NCBI RefSeq assembly: GCF_004010195.1
Contig: NC_057718.1
Location: 67,769,872 to 67,833,871 of the forward strand
DNA length: 64,000 bases
Reading direction: 5' to 3'
Source of the DNA: Chiloscyllium plagiosum
Lineage: Eukaryota
The notes below the pieces were generated by a model, which worked only from the letters and a program-made list of their open reading frames with translations, made no database searches and had not been told where the DNA came from. This document shows positions 1-12,104 of the stretch, in pieces. Numbering within the stretch: position 1 is the first letter of the stretch; each line of letters begins with the position of its first letter. The position numbers were made by a program, and so were the translations under genes.

Positions 1-247
1 ATAGCTTTAAATTAATGGGTGGTAGGTATAGGACAGATGTTAGGGGTAGATTCTTTACTCAGCGAGTCGTGAGTTCGTGGAATGCCCTGCCAGTAGCAGT
101 GGTGGATTGTCCCTCTTTATGGGCATTTAAACGGGCATTGGATAGGCATATGGAGGATAGTGGGCTAGTGTAGGTTAGGTGGGCTTGGATCGGCGCAACA
201 TCGAGGGCCAAGGGGCCTGTACTGCGCTGTATTTTTCTAAGTTCTAT
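1..247 (+). mobile_element. 3' end of a CR1-clade (HER1-like) LINE
   Basis: Typical CR1 3' region (ttctttactcagcgagtcgtg...tggaatgccctgcc...gggcctgtactgcgctgta) ending in a ttctat-type tail. Confidence 0.75.
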
Positions 248-277
248 CCCTGAGCAGGTTAAGTTGAAAATATTTAG

Positions 278-378
278 GCCTCTTGCGGTGCAGTAGTAGT
301 GTCTATACCTCAGGGCCAGCAGGCCTAGGTTCAAGTCTCACCTGCTCTAGAAGTGACTGGAAGCATCTCTGAACAGAT
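278..378 (+). mobile_element. Short (~110 bp) tRNA-derived SINE
   Basis: A-box-like cggtgcagtag and B-box-like ggttcaagtct, followed by cacctgctctagaag. Same family as the 23.3-24.2 kb array and 58710-58815. Confidence 0.6.
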
Positions 379-639
379 AGAAACTATGATTAGAAAATAT
401 CTAGAAAGGGAGAGATTTTTTGTTCCTCTCTCTGGTAGCCAAATCTGCAGATTGTCTGGATTGATTCAAGAACCAAGCCTTTCTCTTGATGTGCGAACTC
501 TTTGACAATGTTGCCTCAGCCTTCCCTGGGAGTTCCAGTTTCAAATTGACATTTCACAATTTATTGCAGATTAAATTTAACATGGCTGCTTTGTTAATCA
601 TTAATGAATCATTGTCCCACAAAGCAAAATTAGTTATAT

Positions 640-998
640 TGGCAGACGATAATCTAGTGGTATTATCGCTCGCCTATTAATCCAGAGACTCGGGTAGTGT
701 TCTGGGGACCCGGTTTTGAATTCTGCCAAAGCAAATGGTAGAATTTGAATTTAATAACAATCTTGAATTAATAGTCCAATAGTGACTGTGAAACCATTGT
801 CAGTTGTCAAAAAAACCCCATCTGGTTCACTAATGTCCCTTATGGAAGGAAATCTGCCATCTTCACCTGGCCTGGCCTCCTTGCGACTCCAAACCCAAAG
901 CAATGTGGTTGACTCTTAACTGCCATCAGGGCAATTTAAGATGTGTAGTAAATGCTGGTCTAGCTAGTGATGCCCACATCTCATGAATGAATAGAAAA
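640..998 (+). mobile_element. tRNA-derived SINE with LINE-type 3' tail
   Basis: tRNA-like head and a tail gatgcccacatctcatgaatgaat. Related tails recur at ~20530 (-), ~32200 and ~32980. Confidence 0.55.
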
Positions 999-2389
999 AG
1001 CTAATGCCCAAGGAGCTGTCACCACCCTCACTCTCCTTAAAGCTCTGCTTGACATCCTTAGTGCCCAGCTCTCCAATACCAAAGTACCATTCACTGTTTC
1101 ACTTGGCATTTCCCTTGCTCATCTAGCACTTCACTTGCTATTCTGCTTGCTTGCTTGCTTCCTTGGCTGGTCTGCTTCTGACTCCTTATGTTGATTGTTG
1201 TCCTGGACCCTTCTGCATTCATCAGTCCAAATTTTCAAGTGAACAGTTTTGAAAAGATCCACTTTCAGGTTTTAATTCTACTTTTGGTATTATGTCTTTG
1301 GTATGCTTTTACATCAGGTGGTCATCCTTGTACTGAGCCATTCCAAAATTATTTTAGAATCCAGAAAATTCCAGAAAAACCTTGATTTCAAATACAGTAT
1401 TCTGTACTAGAGAGCTTACAGTTAAATGTTTTCTTTTTAAAAAAATCAATTATTCACTTTGGGAATACTTTGGTATTGCAGGCTGAATTATGAGTATTAT
1501 TTAGTTTGTGTATGTAATAATGTTTGGAAAATTGTTTCATTTCTCATGTACTTATTGTATATGAAGTCTTGATTTTTGTTACATTAAAATACTACATAAA
1601 TTCAAGCTCTTCTGACTTGACTATATTTAGCAATGATGGTTTATTTGAAAAACTTTGACAACAAAACTATAGGTCAATTACCTCAAAGTAAGAATTCTAC
1701 AAGCCATTCACTTGTAGTGAACTGTTAATTTAAAGCTGCAGATTTTTATTTTGTTCTTTTCTAGCACTGTGTCTATGGGATGTCATTTTAGTGAAAATTC
1801 ATTTTTCATCTACATCCAGCCATGGAATAAAGTAACAGTCATGAAAGTTTTCTCACCGCTGGGCCAGCTGGGTTTTGGGGAACTTAGATTTCTCTGAAAA
1901 TATTTATATTACTGATTTTGTTACTTGCAAAATTACAATTGCAGTAGCTATTTTGTTTCATCCTAACTGTTTTTAATTGTAAAAAGCTATTATACGTTAC
2001 ATTGATATTGTATTTTAGGTTACCTGTATTAGCTCACTCACCAGCTCGCTGTATTCATTAATACCAGGTTCCTGTTCACTCATTCATAATCCTTTATTAA
2101 CCCGTTGATTACTATAACACGGTTTCATTCATTCATCAAACTGCAGTTCTGTAGTATATTTTACATCCAAATTTAAAACAACCCTTTCAAATCAAAACAA
2201 CCCTTTCAAAATTCATTACTGTATTTTCGCATCTTATCAGCCCTTGCTACAAGCAGTGTTTACCTCTGAATAAGTGTAACATACAGAACAATGCCATCAC
2301 CATCTAGTCTTCACGAAACATTTATAATATAAATCAGCTCTAACCAACCATCTCCTGGACCTGAATAGATTCCCCAATTAGTATGTACC

Positions 2390-2962
2390 TGTGAAATACC
2401 TTTTAACTGGTCTATTATCCCTTTAAGAAACGAACCAACAAAACAGCACTTCCATGAAATTGCATGAATGAATGAAACTCTCACTGGCAAATAGTAAACA
2501 GATCTCGCAACCCAGCTGCAGTAATCAGTTTAATATCCTGTATGCTTTTATTTAGTATAGGTACAAATTTTAATTTGTTTCGAGCATATAGGCCAAGTAT
2601 TTTTACTAATATTTACTAACTTAAAATACAAAAGGACAAAAGCCTGTTAATAATGCAAGCAGACTGGACAGACACTCTTAATCCCATCAGAAGTAGCAGC
2701 CAGCATTTAGCACATTTTAACCCATCTCCTATCTCCCAGGACAGAAGTCCCTCAAACCTTTGTGTTCTATAGATTTTTTTAAAAAAAGTAACACTATAGT
2801 CATAGAATTTTAATATATGTAAGAACTGTGTATAAAGGGGCTTTTGTAAGAACTGTATTTTGGGATTCTATTGCTGCCTCGAACTTGTGCTGTGATTGCT
2901 GAATAAAAGAGCCTATTTTCGCCACTCACCTGTTTCGATTGTTATTTGAACATGATCCCACA
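2390..2962 (+). mobile_element. Possible solo LTR
   Basis: TATA-like gtataaag (~2830), AATAAA (~2902) and a CA end (gatcccaca). The 5' boundary is uncertain and no TSD was found. Confidence 0.3.
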
Positions 2963-3765
2963 ATATGATCAGAGATTTGTTTCAAACAAATCTGAAATAA
3001 TTGGATTGGTAAATGCAATTGCCAGAAAGTCTAACAGCTTGTATTTTATATAGTGTTTTTAACCTAATTAAACATCCCAATGTGTTGACAACAATTTTGA
3101 AGAAGTATTAGAACATGTGACCAAAAGAGGTGCACTTTTGGAACAACTTTAGGAATTTGGAGTAGTAAAGAATCTTAAAGGAGAATATTCCTATAGAGCT
3201 TAGGATATGGTAGTTGAGGGTGTAGTTGCCAATGATTGGATGATTGAAATCGGGGATGCACAAGAGGCCAGATTTTCACAATACCAGGTTTTATTGCCCT
3301 AATTATGCTTGAGGTAATGGTGTCTTGAATTGCTTATGTCCATTGCTGTACTGTGAGCTATAGTTGTTTAGTGGACACAAATGCCAGCTAAATAGGATTT
3401 AGTACAAATTAGGAAATGAGTACATTGCAGATGTGTTAATGTTTATGGAGGTTACAAAACTGAAGTCAAGAAGAGGAGTATTCTTAGAATAGTCAGGACT
3501 GGAGATAGTAAAGGTGTAAATGGGGTTTTCAGCAGGTAATTGAATTAATACGATCAGCATACATATGAAACTTGATGTGTTTTTGGATGATTTTACTGAA
3601 GGGCAGCACACACATGAGTATGGGACTAAAGGCAGATCCCTGGGCACGTGAGCTTACAGTGTAGAAACAAGCAATTACAAGTGACTTTTTGCCACAGTTG
3701 GATAGTTGGGAATGGAACTAGGTAATGATGTTCCCACTCAGCTGTATTATTGAGAGGGATGAGTA

Positions 3766-3888
3766 GAAGGGCTTATGCCCGAAACGTCAATTCTCCTGCT
3801 CCTTTGATGCTGCCTGACCTGCTGTGCTTTTCCAACAACACATTTTTCAGCTCTGATCTCCAGCATCTGCAGTCCTCAACTTTCTCCC
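3766..3888 (+). mobile_element. Penelope-like (Neptune-type) pLTR fragment with 11-bp TSD
   Basis: Flanked by AGGGATGAGTA at 3755-3765 and 3889-3899. Contains hammerhead stem II (gggc-ttat-gccc) and GAAACGTC but lacks the CUGAUGA core (5' truncated). Confidence 0.8.
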
Positions 3889-4377
3889 AGGGATGAGTAT
3901 CACTCATGATGAATCCAAATAAGCATTTCATAATGTAGCACTGAATTAAAAAGTGTAAACAATTCATCTGTGGTACATGAGCATCTCACATTTGACAAAC
4001 TGGTAAGCTGTAATAGCACTATTGCAATCGGTTATATCTAGCTACCTGGATCCTTAGATGTCCCTTCCAAAGTCCGAGTGTTAATTTTGGACTTTGGCCA
4101 TAGCATTTATCAGGTGATTTGAAAGTGGTGTGGGAACTGCAGCTGACTTCTGATTCTTTGCTCATTCCGAGGCCAAATTCACTCTTACTACTGTGGAATG
4201 ATTGACATTGAATAGAATTGAGAATTCTAATATTAATCTTACCACCATGGATACTGAGATCGGTTGTCTTACCATTGTCCTGGCTGGAGGCAAATTAACA
4301 AAGGATTGACCTACCCATTTAACTACTCATGAGATAAATTTACTGGGCCAACTTTGAGTGACTTCTGGAACTTTCAA

Positions 4378-4712
4378 ATGGTGGCTCAGTAGTTAGCACT
4401 GCTGCCTCACAGCGCCAAGACGTGGGTTTGATTCCAGCCTTGGGTTGTTATCTGTGTGGAGTTTGCACAATCTCCTGTGTCTGCGTGGGTTTCTTCCGGG
4501 TGGTCTGGTTTCCTCCCACAATGTGAAGATGTGCTGATTAGGTGAATTGGCCATACTAAATTGCCCATAGTGTTCAGGCATGTGTAAGGTTAGGTGCTTT
4601 AGTCAGGGGTAAATAATAGAGTAGGCGAATGGGCCTGGGTGGGTTACTCTTCGGAGGATTGGTGTGGACTTGGGTCGAAGGGCCTGTTGCCACACTGTAG
4701 GGATTCTATGAT
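4378..4712 (+). mobile_element. HE1-type tRNA-derived SINE
   Basis: Head ggtggctcagtagttagcactgctgcctcacagcgcc, B-box, and CR1-like tail gggcctgttgccacactgtagggattctatga. Confidence 0.85.
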
Positions 4713-5483
4713 TCTATTCTGTGATAGCTGGTTTCATGTTTATTGAGGTTGCATTCAACATCAGAGCTTCAAGAATGCATTTATGTGGTGGGTGCCGGAA
4801 TGCACATCTTAAAAATAGTTTAGTAGATCAATTATATGGAATGTGTTGCGCTTAATTGTTGTCCAGTTTATACTCGTTAAAAACATATGACAGTCTGGAA
4901 ATTGGCTGCTTTTTCTGCTGTAACAAGTCACTTCGTCTTTGCTGCTTCAGGGCATGGAACAGACCGCCCTTTCTTCAGGAATATCAGCAATCTCATTGAA
5001 AAGAAGCGCTATTTCTCACCATTACGAATCAGTGAATCTAACTTCCTGTTCAAACTTGGTTTAATTGCAACTCTTGCAAGCATTACATCAAAATGTGATG
5101 AATGGCTGTAGTTGCGGGGGGAAAAACATATTTTGCAAACGTACTCTACTGTAACTGAAGTTTGATGTAATTGATGTCAACCCGAATGGCAATTCTATGA
5201 TAAATCGGAGTAATCGTTACTTTTTCTTTGTACTCTCCCTTTTCTTTTGTACCTAAATAAATTCTTTATAGTACTGACTGTTTGTAAAGTATAGAAAATG
5301 ACAAAGTCTAATTGAATAAATGCATTAAATAATCCTGGAAGATGAAATGAATAATTTATCTTGTTGAATGGAGAAAGAGACTTGATATTATTATGGTGGC
5401 TGTAATGCCACAATACTTTTGAATTACACATCTTAATTAGATGGAATCCTTTTATCCCTCTGTTTCTCTTCTGCAAACATGGT

Positions 5484-6215
5484 CAAATTTGTGAGTTTTG
5501 AGAAGATTTGTAGCTCCAGTTGAGGTTCTGGATGTAAGTTTGCTAACTGAGCTTGAAGGTTCATTTTCAGATGTTTTCTGATATTTTCAGATAGTAGGTA
5601 ACATCATCAGTGAGCCTTCGGTGAAACACAGGTGTTCGTGACCCGCTTTATGTTTGTGACTAGGTTTCCTTGGGTTGGTGATGTCATTTCCTCATCTTTT
5701 TCTCAGAGGATGGTAAATGGGAGCAGGTCGATGTGTTTGTTGATAGAGTTCCGGTTGGAATGCCATCCTTCTCGTAATTCTCATGCATGTATCTATTTGG
5801 CTTGTCCTAGGATGGATATGTTGTCCCAGTTGAAGTGGTGTCCTTCCTCATCTGTATATAAGGATATTAGCAAGAGTGACTAGTTGGTGTTCATGTGTCC
5901 TGGTGGCTAGTTTTCTGCCTGTTTGTCTAATGTAGTGTTTGGTACAGTTCTTGTAAGATATTTTGTAAATGACATTAGTTTGGCTTGTCTGTATGGGGTC
6001 TTTCCAGTTCATTAGCTGCTGTTTTAGTGTGTTGGTGGGTTTGTGAGCTATCGTGATGCCAAGAGGTCTGAGTAGTCTGGCAGTCATCTCCAAGATGTCT
6101 TTGATGTAGGGGAGAGTGGTTAGGATGTCTGGACACGTTTTGTCTGCTTGTTTGGTTTTGTTGCTGAGAAATCGGTGGACTGTATTCATTGGTTACCGGT
6201 TCTTGGAGATCAGTT
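5484..6215 (-). mobile_element. Penelope-like element (Penelope/Poseidon-type), 3' fragment: GIY-YIG endonuclease plus pLTR
   Basis: ORF 5848-6189 reads NVIYKISYKNCTKHYIRQTGRKLATRTHEHQ (GIY-YIG). It is homologous to the 29.6-30.8 kb element and has a decayed hammerhead at ~5565-5615. Confidence 0.85.
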
Positions 6216-6932
6216 GTAGATGGACCAATGATACTATCTACTTGGAGAAATTGTACAGCTAAATGCCAGAGTGTGGTAGATACCAGGATGTTGAGTAAAT
6301 TAAGGAGAAGATAGATTTTTACATTAGTAATGAGCTGAAGGGTTTTGTAGAGCAGGCAGGAAAGTGGAGTTGAGGCTGAGTTGAGTTCAGCCATGATTGT
6401 ATCAAATGGCAGAACAGTCTCAAGAGGCTGAATTGTATAATCTTGCTGCAAGTTCTTATGCTAGGCAGTGGTATGATTCTGTATCAAGTACAGTAAATTA
6501 GATTTTCAGCAATGAATGAGGCTTGTTTGAAGAAAAAAAGGTCAATTGTTGAAAGCTCGGAATTTCCAATCCTATTTTTGAACTGTGAAATCTGAATGCA
6601 TTTTTGAAGCATATTTGCCTCTTAGCTGTCAATAATAGCTGTTTAGACTGCTTGCAAATCCAGCAAAATTGTTTGTTTCTCTGTTTCTTCATTTGAAGTT
6701 TTCCCATGAAACTGAATCAAACATATTACTATAATAAAGACACTGAAACACGTGATATTTAGCTAGAACTGTATTTTTAAACATTTTTAACTTTACATAA
6801 GTAATGCTTTTGTCCTAATTTTCTTCAGTCTCCCACACTCAAAATATACTATTTTAGTAGGGTAATGGAGAATTCATTTCATAATTTAATTCAAAAAGGA
6901 ATAGGATATACTTATTGTAAGCTCATTTCAAG

Positions 6933-7121
6933 AAGACAAAATTGAGGACTGCAGTTGCTGGAGATGGTGCTGGAAAAGCACAGCAGGTCAGGCAGCATCC
7001 GAGGAGTAGGAAAATCAACGTTTTGGGCAAAAACCCTTAATCAGGAAGGATGAAGGTCTTCTGCTCCTCTGATGCTGCCTGAACTGCTGTGCTTTTCCAG
7101 CACCACTCTAATCTTGACTTG
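6933..7121. mobile_element. Palindromic pair of Neptune-type pLTR fragments (MITE-like foldback)
   Basis: Arms 6965-6999 and 7071-7105 are reverse complements with one mismatch. Possible TSD TTTCAAG at 6926-6932 and 7122-7128. Confidence 0.75.
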
Positions 7122-8859
7122 TTTCAAGTAGGACCTGGATATAGCACTTGGGACTAACAGGATCAAAGAATATGGGACATAAGTGGAATCAAGCTATTGA
7201 GTAGGATGATTAGCTATAATTATAATGAACAGGCAGACACCCAGAACTGAGTTGCCTACTGATGCTCCTGTTTTCTATGTTTCTATGTATTTGTTAGTGG
7301 GTTGGAATGAACACAATTTGTATCTGAAATCTATCCAAGCTAACAGGGTGCAACACTCAATTGAAGAAGGTTGATTTAATAGGAATAAGTTAATTAGGAG
7401 CAATTACTGCAGTTTGAAAATGTGAGGTGGGGAGTATGCAGAGGGGGAACAATACATTGTATTTGATGTAGTATATAAATAGGCAGGAAAGAAGGACCCA
7501 TATATAAAATAGTCCAGCTATGTGTAGTCCAAGGGTATATTTCATTATCATCTGAAATGTACGCTTGGAGCACAACCTCAGATATTAATACAAAAATATC
7601 AATTGGCATTATTCTATAATAGATTATTTAGCTAAATTGTTAATTCTGCAAAGTCCACCATAACTTTGATTTCATTGAGCACAGAGTTAGCTTTATCAGC
7701 GAGGGATCCTTTTCAGGTCTTTGTAGAATTTCGAGAAGATTCTGATGTGAACCTACACAGTTAAATGCTCTTACCCTGATTTTGTGGTAATGATAACCAC
7801 AAAATTGTCAGGGTTCCTTTGCCATTACTCCTCTGAATCTGACAACAATTTCTGGAGTCTGTACGTGTACAAGTTAGATGCAGAAAGCTGAGGTTGCTGT
7901 CTGTGCTTCTGCAAAAAGTACAATGTTGAAGTATCCTTTTGAACTCAAGGTCTTTTATGCTATTAGTCTTGTAGTAAAAATCCTTGAAATAATTGCAACT
8001 TGTTTTATTGAGATATGATTAGATTTTTAATGAAGTTAATAAATGCTACTGAGAAACTTTCCTCTGCTATTCAAAAACTAACTTTATATTCATTATCCAA
8101 TCTCTCGTTATCCATTTGAAGAGAGTACAAGTTTTTGTTTTGTGAACTTTGGCTCCTGTACAATTAAATGACAAGGAGTGTAAAACTTGTTGTTGTGACC
8201 AAATCATCTGTTGAAGTACAGAACCGACTAGTAGAATGCAGTCTGCTAAATTAATCAGAGGAATTTGTCAACTCAGTAAACTTGACTTCTAAATCTCCTG
8301 TCGTGATTTGGCTCAGCTGTGGGCCATTCATATTGTTTTCTAAATGTTATAAGGTTGTACGCGTGAGCAGTTAATTTTCATGCTGCAGGAAAACAACAGG
8401 TACGAATCATTTCGTACTTGCCAGAGGGATTTTTTGAGTTTCGTGCAATTTATCCTATTGAGAGAGAAAATATCTTGCCTTCTGCCAGACAAGAAAAGGT
8501 GGGAAAGGATAATTATTTCCTTTATATTGGCGATTTTGGATTGTAGTCCAAAAGCTGATTGAAAACTAAGTTTTGATTTTAAAGATTTTAGTAGAGTACT
8601 CTATTTAGAATATTGTAGGCTTCCAGATTGTGCATTTTCTGACAAAGGTTAAATAAATGTTGGAGAAATGTATAACGTGACTTTAGAATCACATGATATT
8701 TGAAATTTAATGAAGCAGCAACAATCGTAATTTATAGTTTAGGGTTTTAAACACTTGCAAATAGTACAATTTTTTTGTGTAGGTTAAAGTGATGCACGTG
8801 CAAGCTTGATTCTACTTAGTTAATTCACCTGTCTCATGGAAATCTCTCTCTTCCTTCAG

Positions 8860-9000
8860 ATGCCCCCTCAATATAGTCAGCAGGGTATGACTGGTTACTG
8901 CCAACAGGGCCAACAGCCTTACTATAATCAGCAGCAGCAGCAACAACAATCTTCATACATGCAACAAGCACAGCAGAGGTACCAACCCCAACAGCAACAG
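8860..9000 (+). CDS. ARID1B: Internal coding exon of ARID1B (SWI/SNF-BAF subunit BAF250B), 47 codons, phase 0-0
   Basis: A polypyrimidine acceptor (ctctctcttccttcAG, AG at 8858-8859) and a donor (CAG|GTAAGG at 9001) bound the exon. The translation [47 protein letters not shown] matches the vertebrate ARID1B exon as I recall it ([25 protein letters not shown]...QQRYQPQQ). Confidence 0.92.
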
Positions 9001-9334
9001 GTAAGGGTTCGAAGGAATTCAAATGGACTTCAGGCACACTTTAATGAAAACAGAGTAAATTATTTACATTTAATGCTACATACTATAATACTGCGAGTGA
9101 ATTTTAAGGTCACCTTGACTAATATGAAATTATATTTAAATGTTTGACTTGGAATGTCAAAGTATCCTGTTGTGTATTTGATTCATGTTTCTACATTTGC
9201 AATCTGTCAGCAGTTACTCCCAGTTACATGTGATATTTTGATGGCCAGTAATTGCTTTGGTTAGTGCATGCAATGAGATCATAAAATACATTGAACTATT
9301 CCAGTCACCGAAGAAACTTTTTCCTCGCGTTCAA

Positions 9335-9465
9335 AGTGAAATACTGCAAATGCTGGATATCTGAAATAAGAATAAAATGCTGGCGAAATTCATCAGATCT
9401 CACCGCATCAGTGAGGAGCAAAACAGAGTTAATGTTTAAGTCCGATATGACACACTTTTAAAACT
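9335..9465 (-). mobile_element. Decayed Penelope-like pLTR fragment
   Basis: tactgcaaatgctggatatctgaaata...cagagttaatgttt resembles the pLTR ends at 37232-37360 and 60350-60490. Confidence 0.5.
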
Positions 9466-10872
9466 GGAAAACTTTTCTCATTTGGCTTAGAACCTAATTA
9501 TTTCATTGAGCAAAAAAATGATCATTTCAGTTTTAGGAATTAAATTGTTGCAGCTGAATTAGCTAGCTTTGAGGTTTAGTCTTGAACTTTAATGAGTCTT
9601 GTGACTCCTGAAAAACTAGCGTGTTCAAGTTGTTATTGAGTATTTTTGATTGTCAAGATTGCTTGTTAAAAGCTTTGTGTTATTTTTATCCTTGAGGGAA
9701 AATAGAAGATTTTAGCTTTTTGTTTCTTTGTTACTTAAATTTGTTTTCAAAGAAAAGTTTTTCTAAGTATTAATTTAAGATTTCCACGTGTTAGAAATAC
9801 TTCTATTTTGTATTAATGTAATTCTGATTACTGTAGCATACAAGTTCTTCATATTTGGAAAACCTCTATTATGAGTAAAGTCATTTATTGAAATGATATG
9901 CACTGATCTCAGTTGGTAGTAACCATGTCTCTATGTCCCAAGAATCGACATCAAACATTAATAGATTTTTATCAGGAAATTCTAACTTCATCTAGGCTCT
10001 ATAGGCCATATTAAATTGTTGTATAAGAGTAAATTGAAATGGTGCATGATATATCTTCATTACTCATTAAAAAAAGCTAGTTAACATCCTTGAAAATACT
10101 CATTTTACTTGATTTAAATGCCAGTGTTGGAAAACATTTAAGATATTGATGCCTATTCATGCTGCATGTTCTACACAACACAGTTTGAAACATCAAAGTA
10201 GCCACTAACCTAAAAATCTGTGAATTATAATTAACTGTAAAATTACCTTCTGATTTTTGGGATATAGAATATTTGTAGCCTATCAGGGCAAGCAGGTCAA
10301 GCATTTAGCTAATTTCCTAGAGTATAAATTTATTGGTTATGTAGCTAGTCTTGTCATAAACTGTCAATTGTGGGTAAATGTTTGGGTTTTCAACCTAAAA
10401 AAACTCTGATCTAGAGTTAGAAAGTGTAGCTATCTAAAGCAGGACAAGATAATTGACTTTCTCACAAGCGGTAAGTCAGCTGATTTGGAATCTGTTCTCA
10501 TAATTTGACCATAAATCCACCCACATCATTGCTTTCAGATTTGTGTTGGGTTTGCATTTCCTCGATTGCTACTCATGATGTGTGACAATATAATGATTTA
10601 GTCCAAGTTGCTATTGTAGATCCTGTGCTCTTCTTTTGAGCAGATGACTTGGGTTTGATCAGATAAGAAATATTGTGATGGCAGTCATCCCTTTCTTTTG
10701 GAAAATCTGATTAGTAAAAAATCTCCTAAAGAGAAAGGTATTTTTGATTGGTTGTTTTTGTGAAATGGAACCAGCCAAAACAATCAGTAAACACATCGCG
10801 CACATTTTAAAAATAATCCTCTATGTATGGACATTATTGACCAGGCCAACTTTGATTACGCATTCCTAGTTG

Positions 10873-11188
10873 TGGGCGGCACGGTGGCACAGTGGTTAGC
10901 ACTGCTGCCTCACAGCGCCAGAGACCCGGGTTCAATTCCCGCCTCAGGCGATTGACTGTGTGGAGTTTGCACATTCTCCCAGTGTCTGCGTGGGTTTCCT
11001 CCGGGTGCTCCGGTTTCCTCCCACAGTCGAAAGATGTGCAGGTCAGGTGAATTGGCCATGCAAAATTGCCCGTAGTGTTAGGTATGGGGGTAAATGTAGG
11101 GGTATGGGTGGGTTTCGCTTCGGCGGGTCGGTGTGGACTTGTTGGGCCGAAGGGCCTGTTTCCATACTGTAATGTAATCTAATCTAAT
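10873..11188 (+). mobile_element. Full-length young HE1-type SINE with TSD
   Basis: CpG-rich, with intact A/B boxes and a (taatc)n tail. TSD CTAGTTG at 10866-10872 and 11189-11195. Confidence 0.92.
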
Positions 11189-11339
11189 CTAGTTGCTCTT
11201 GAATTTTGATGATCTGCCTTCTTTAATCACTTTTTTTTTGTTTGTTGGGGGTACTCTTTTTTTTTTCCCCCCGATCTTTGAAAAGGAGTGCTGGAAATTG
11301 ATGCAGCCACGTTATCATCAATATATCATTATTTAGTGA

Positions 11340-11425
11340 CTTCACCTAATGAAGGAGCAACGCTTTGAAAGCTCATGATTTCAAATAAACCTGTTGGACT
11401 ATAACCTGGTGTAATTTGACTTCTG
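11340..11425 (+). mobile_element. Decayed Penelope-like terminal fragment with degenerate hammerhead
   Basis: cacCTAATGAaggagcaacgctttGAAAGCT followed by aataaacctgttggactataacctggtgt. Confidence 0.5.
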
Positions 11426-12104
11426 ATTAAATGGATTGAGAGAGACTTAGAAGGGAACTTGAAGGTGATTGAGTTCCCATGAAACAATCACCATTGTATT
11501 CTCGGTAGTGGAGGTTGTGGTAAGGGAGTTGTCAAGATTTCATCTCCCATTGCAAGTAGAAAACCAAGAGGAGAAGATTAAGGATAGTTACTGGCAAAAT
11601 ATATGAAGTGGTGCTCCACAGGGATAGTTGTTGAAAGCACTGTTATTCATAAATAACTTGAATTTGCAACCCATTGTGCCATTTAAAAATTTATGAATGT
11701 GCCTTATTGAGAGTATGAATAATAAGGTGGGAGACTGTGACAAAACAATAAAGGTATTATACATTGGTTAGAGGTACAGGGAGACGACAAAGCAGGGCAT
11801 TTAAGAAGGCATGAGGAGGAAGTTAGTTATGGCAGATTGGAATAATACATGAAAAGGTTTGGGAGATAGGTTATGGATGGTATTACAGGGTTTTCAAAAA
11901 GTGAACATTCCTCCAAAGTGAAAATACCTGGCAGGAAGTCAAAGTCAGTAATAGATCAGAAGAGGAGGCTAAACTTGCCAAAAAAGTTGCAAGCCTGAGT
12001 ATTGAGAGAATTTTAGAAATTTGGCAAAGCAGGGGCAAGAAATTAATAGAGGAATGGAATATAGATGTAAACTAGCAAGAGAGACAAAATTGATTATAAA
12101 ATAT

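Noticed and set aside
8836..9147. 103-aa ORF as a standalone gene
   Set aside because: Only 8860-9000 is exon. The flanks read through the acceptor tract and the GT donor into intron.
10873..10950. tRNA gene (A/B boxes)
   Set aside because: It is the head of a multi-copy SINE with a LINE-derived tail and TSD.
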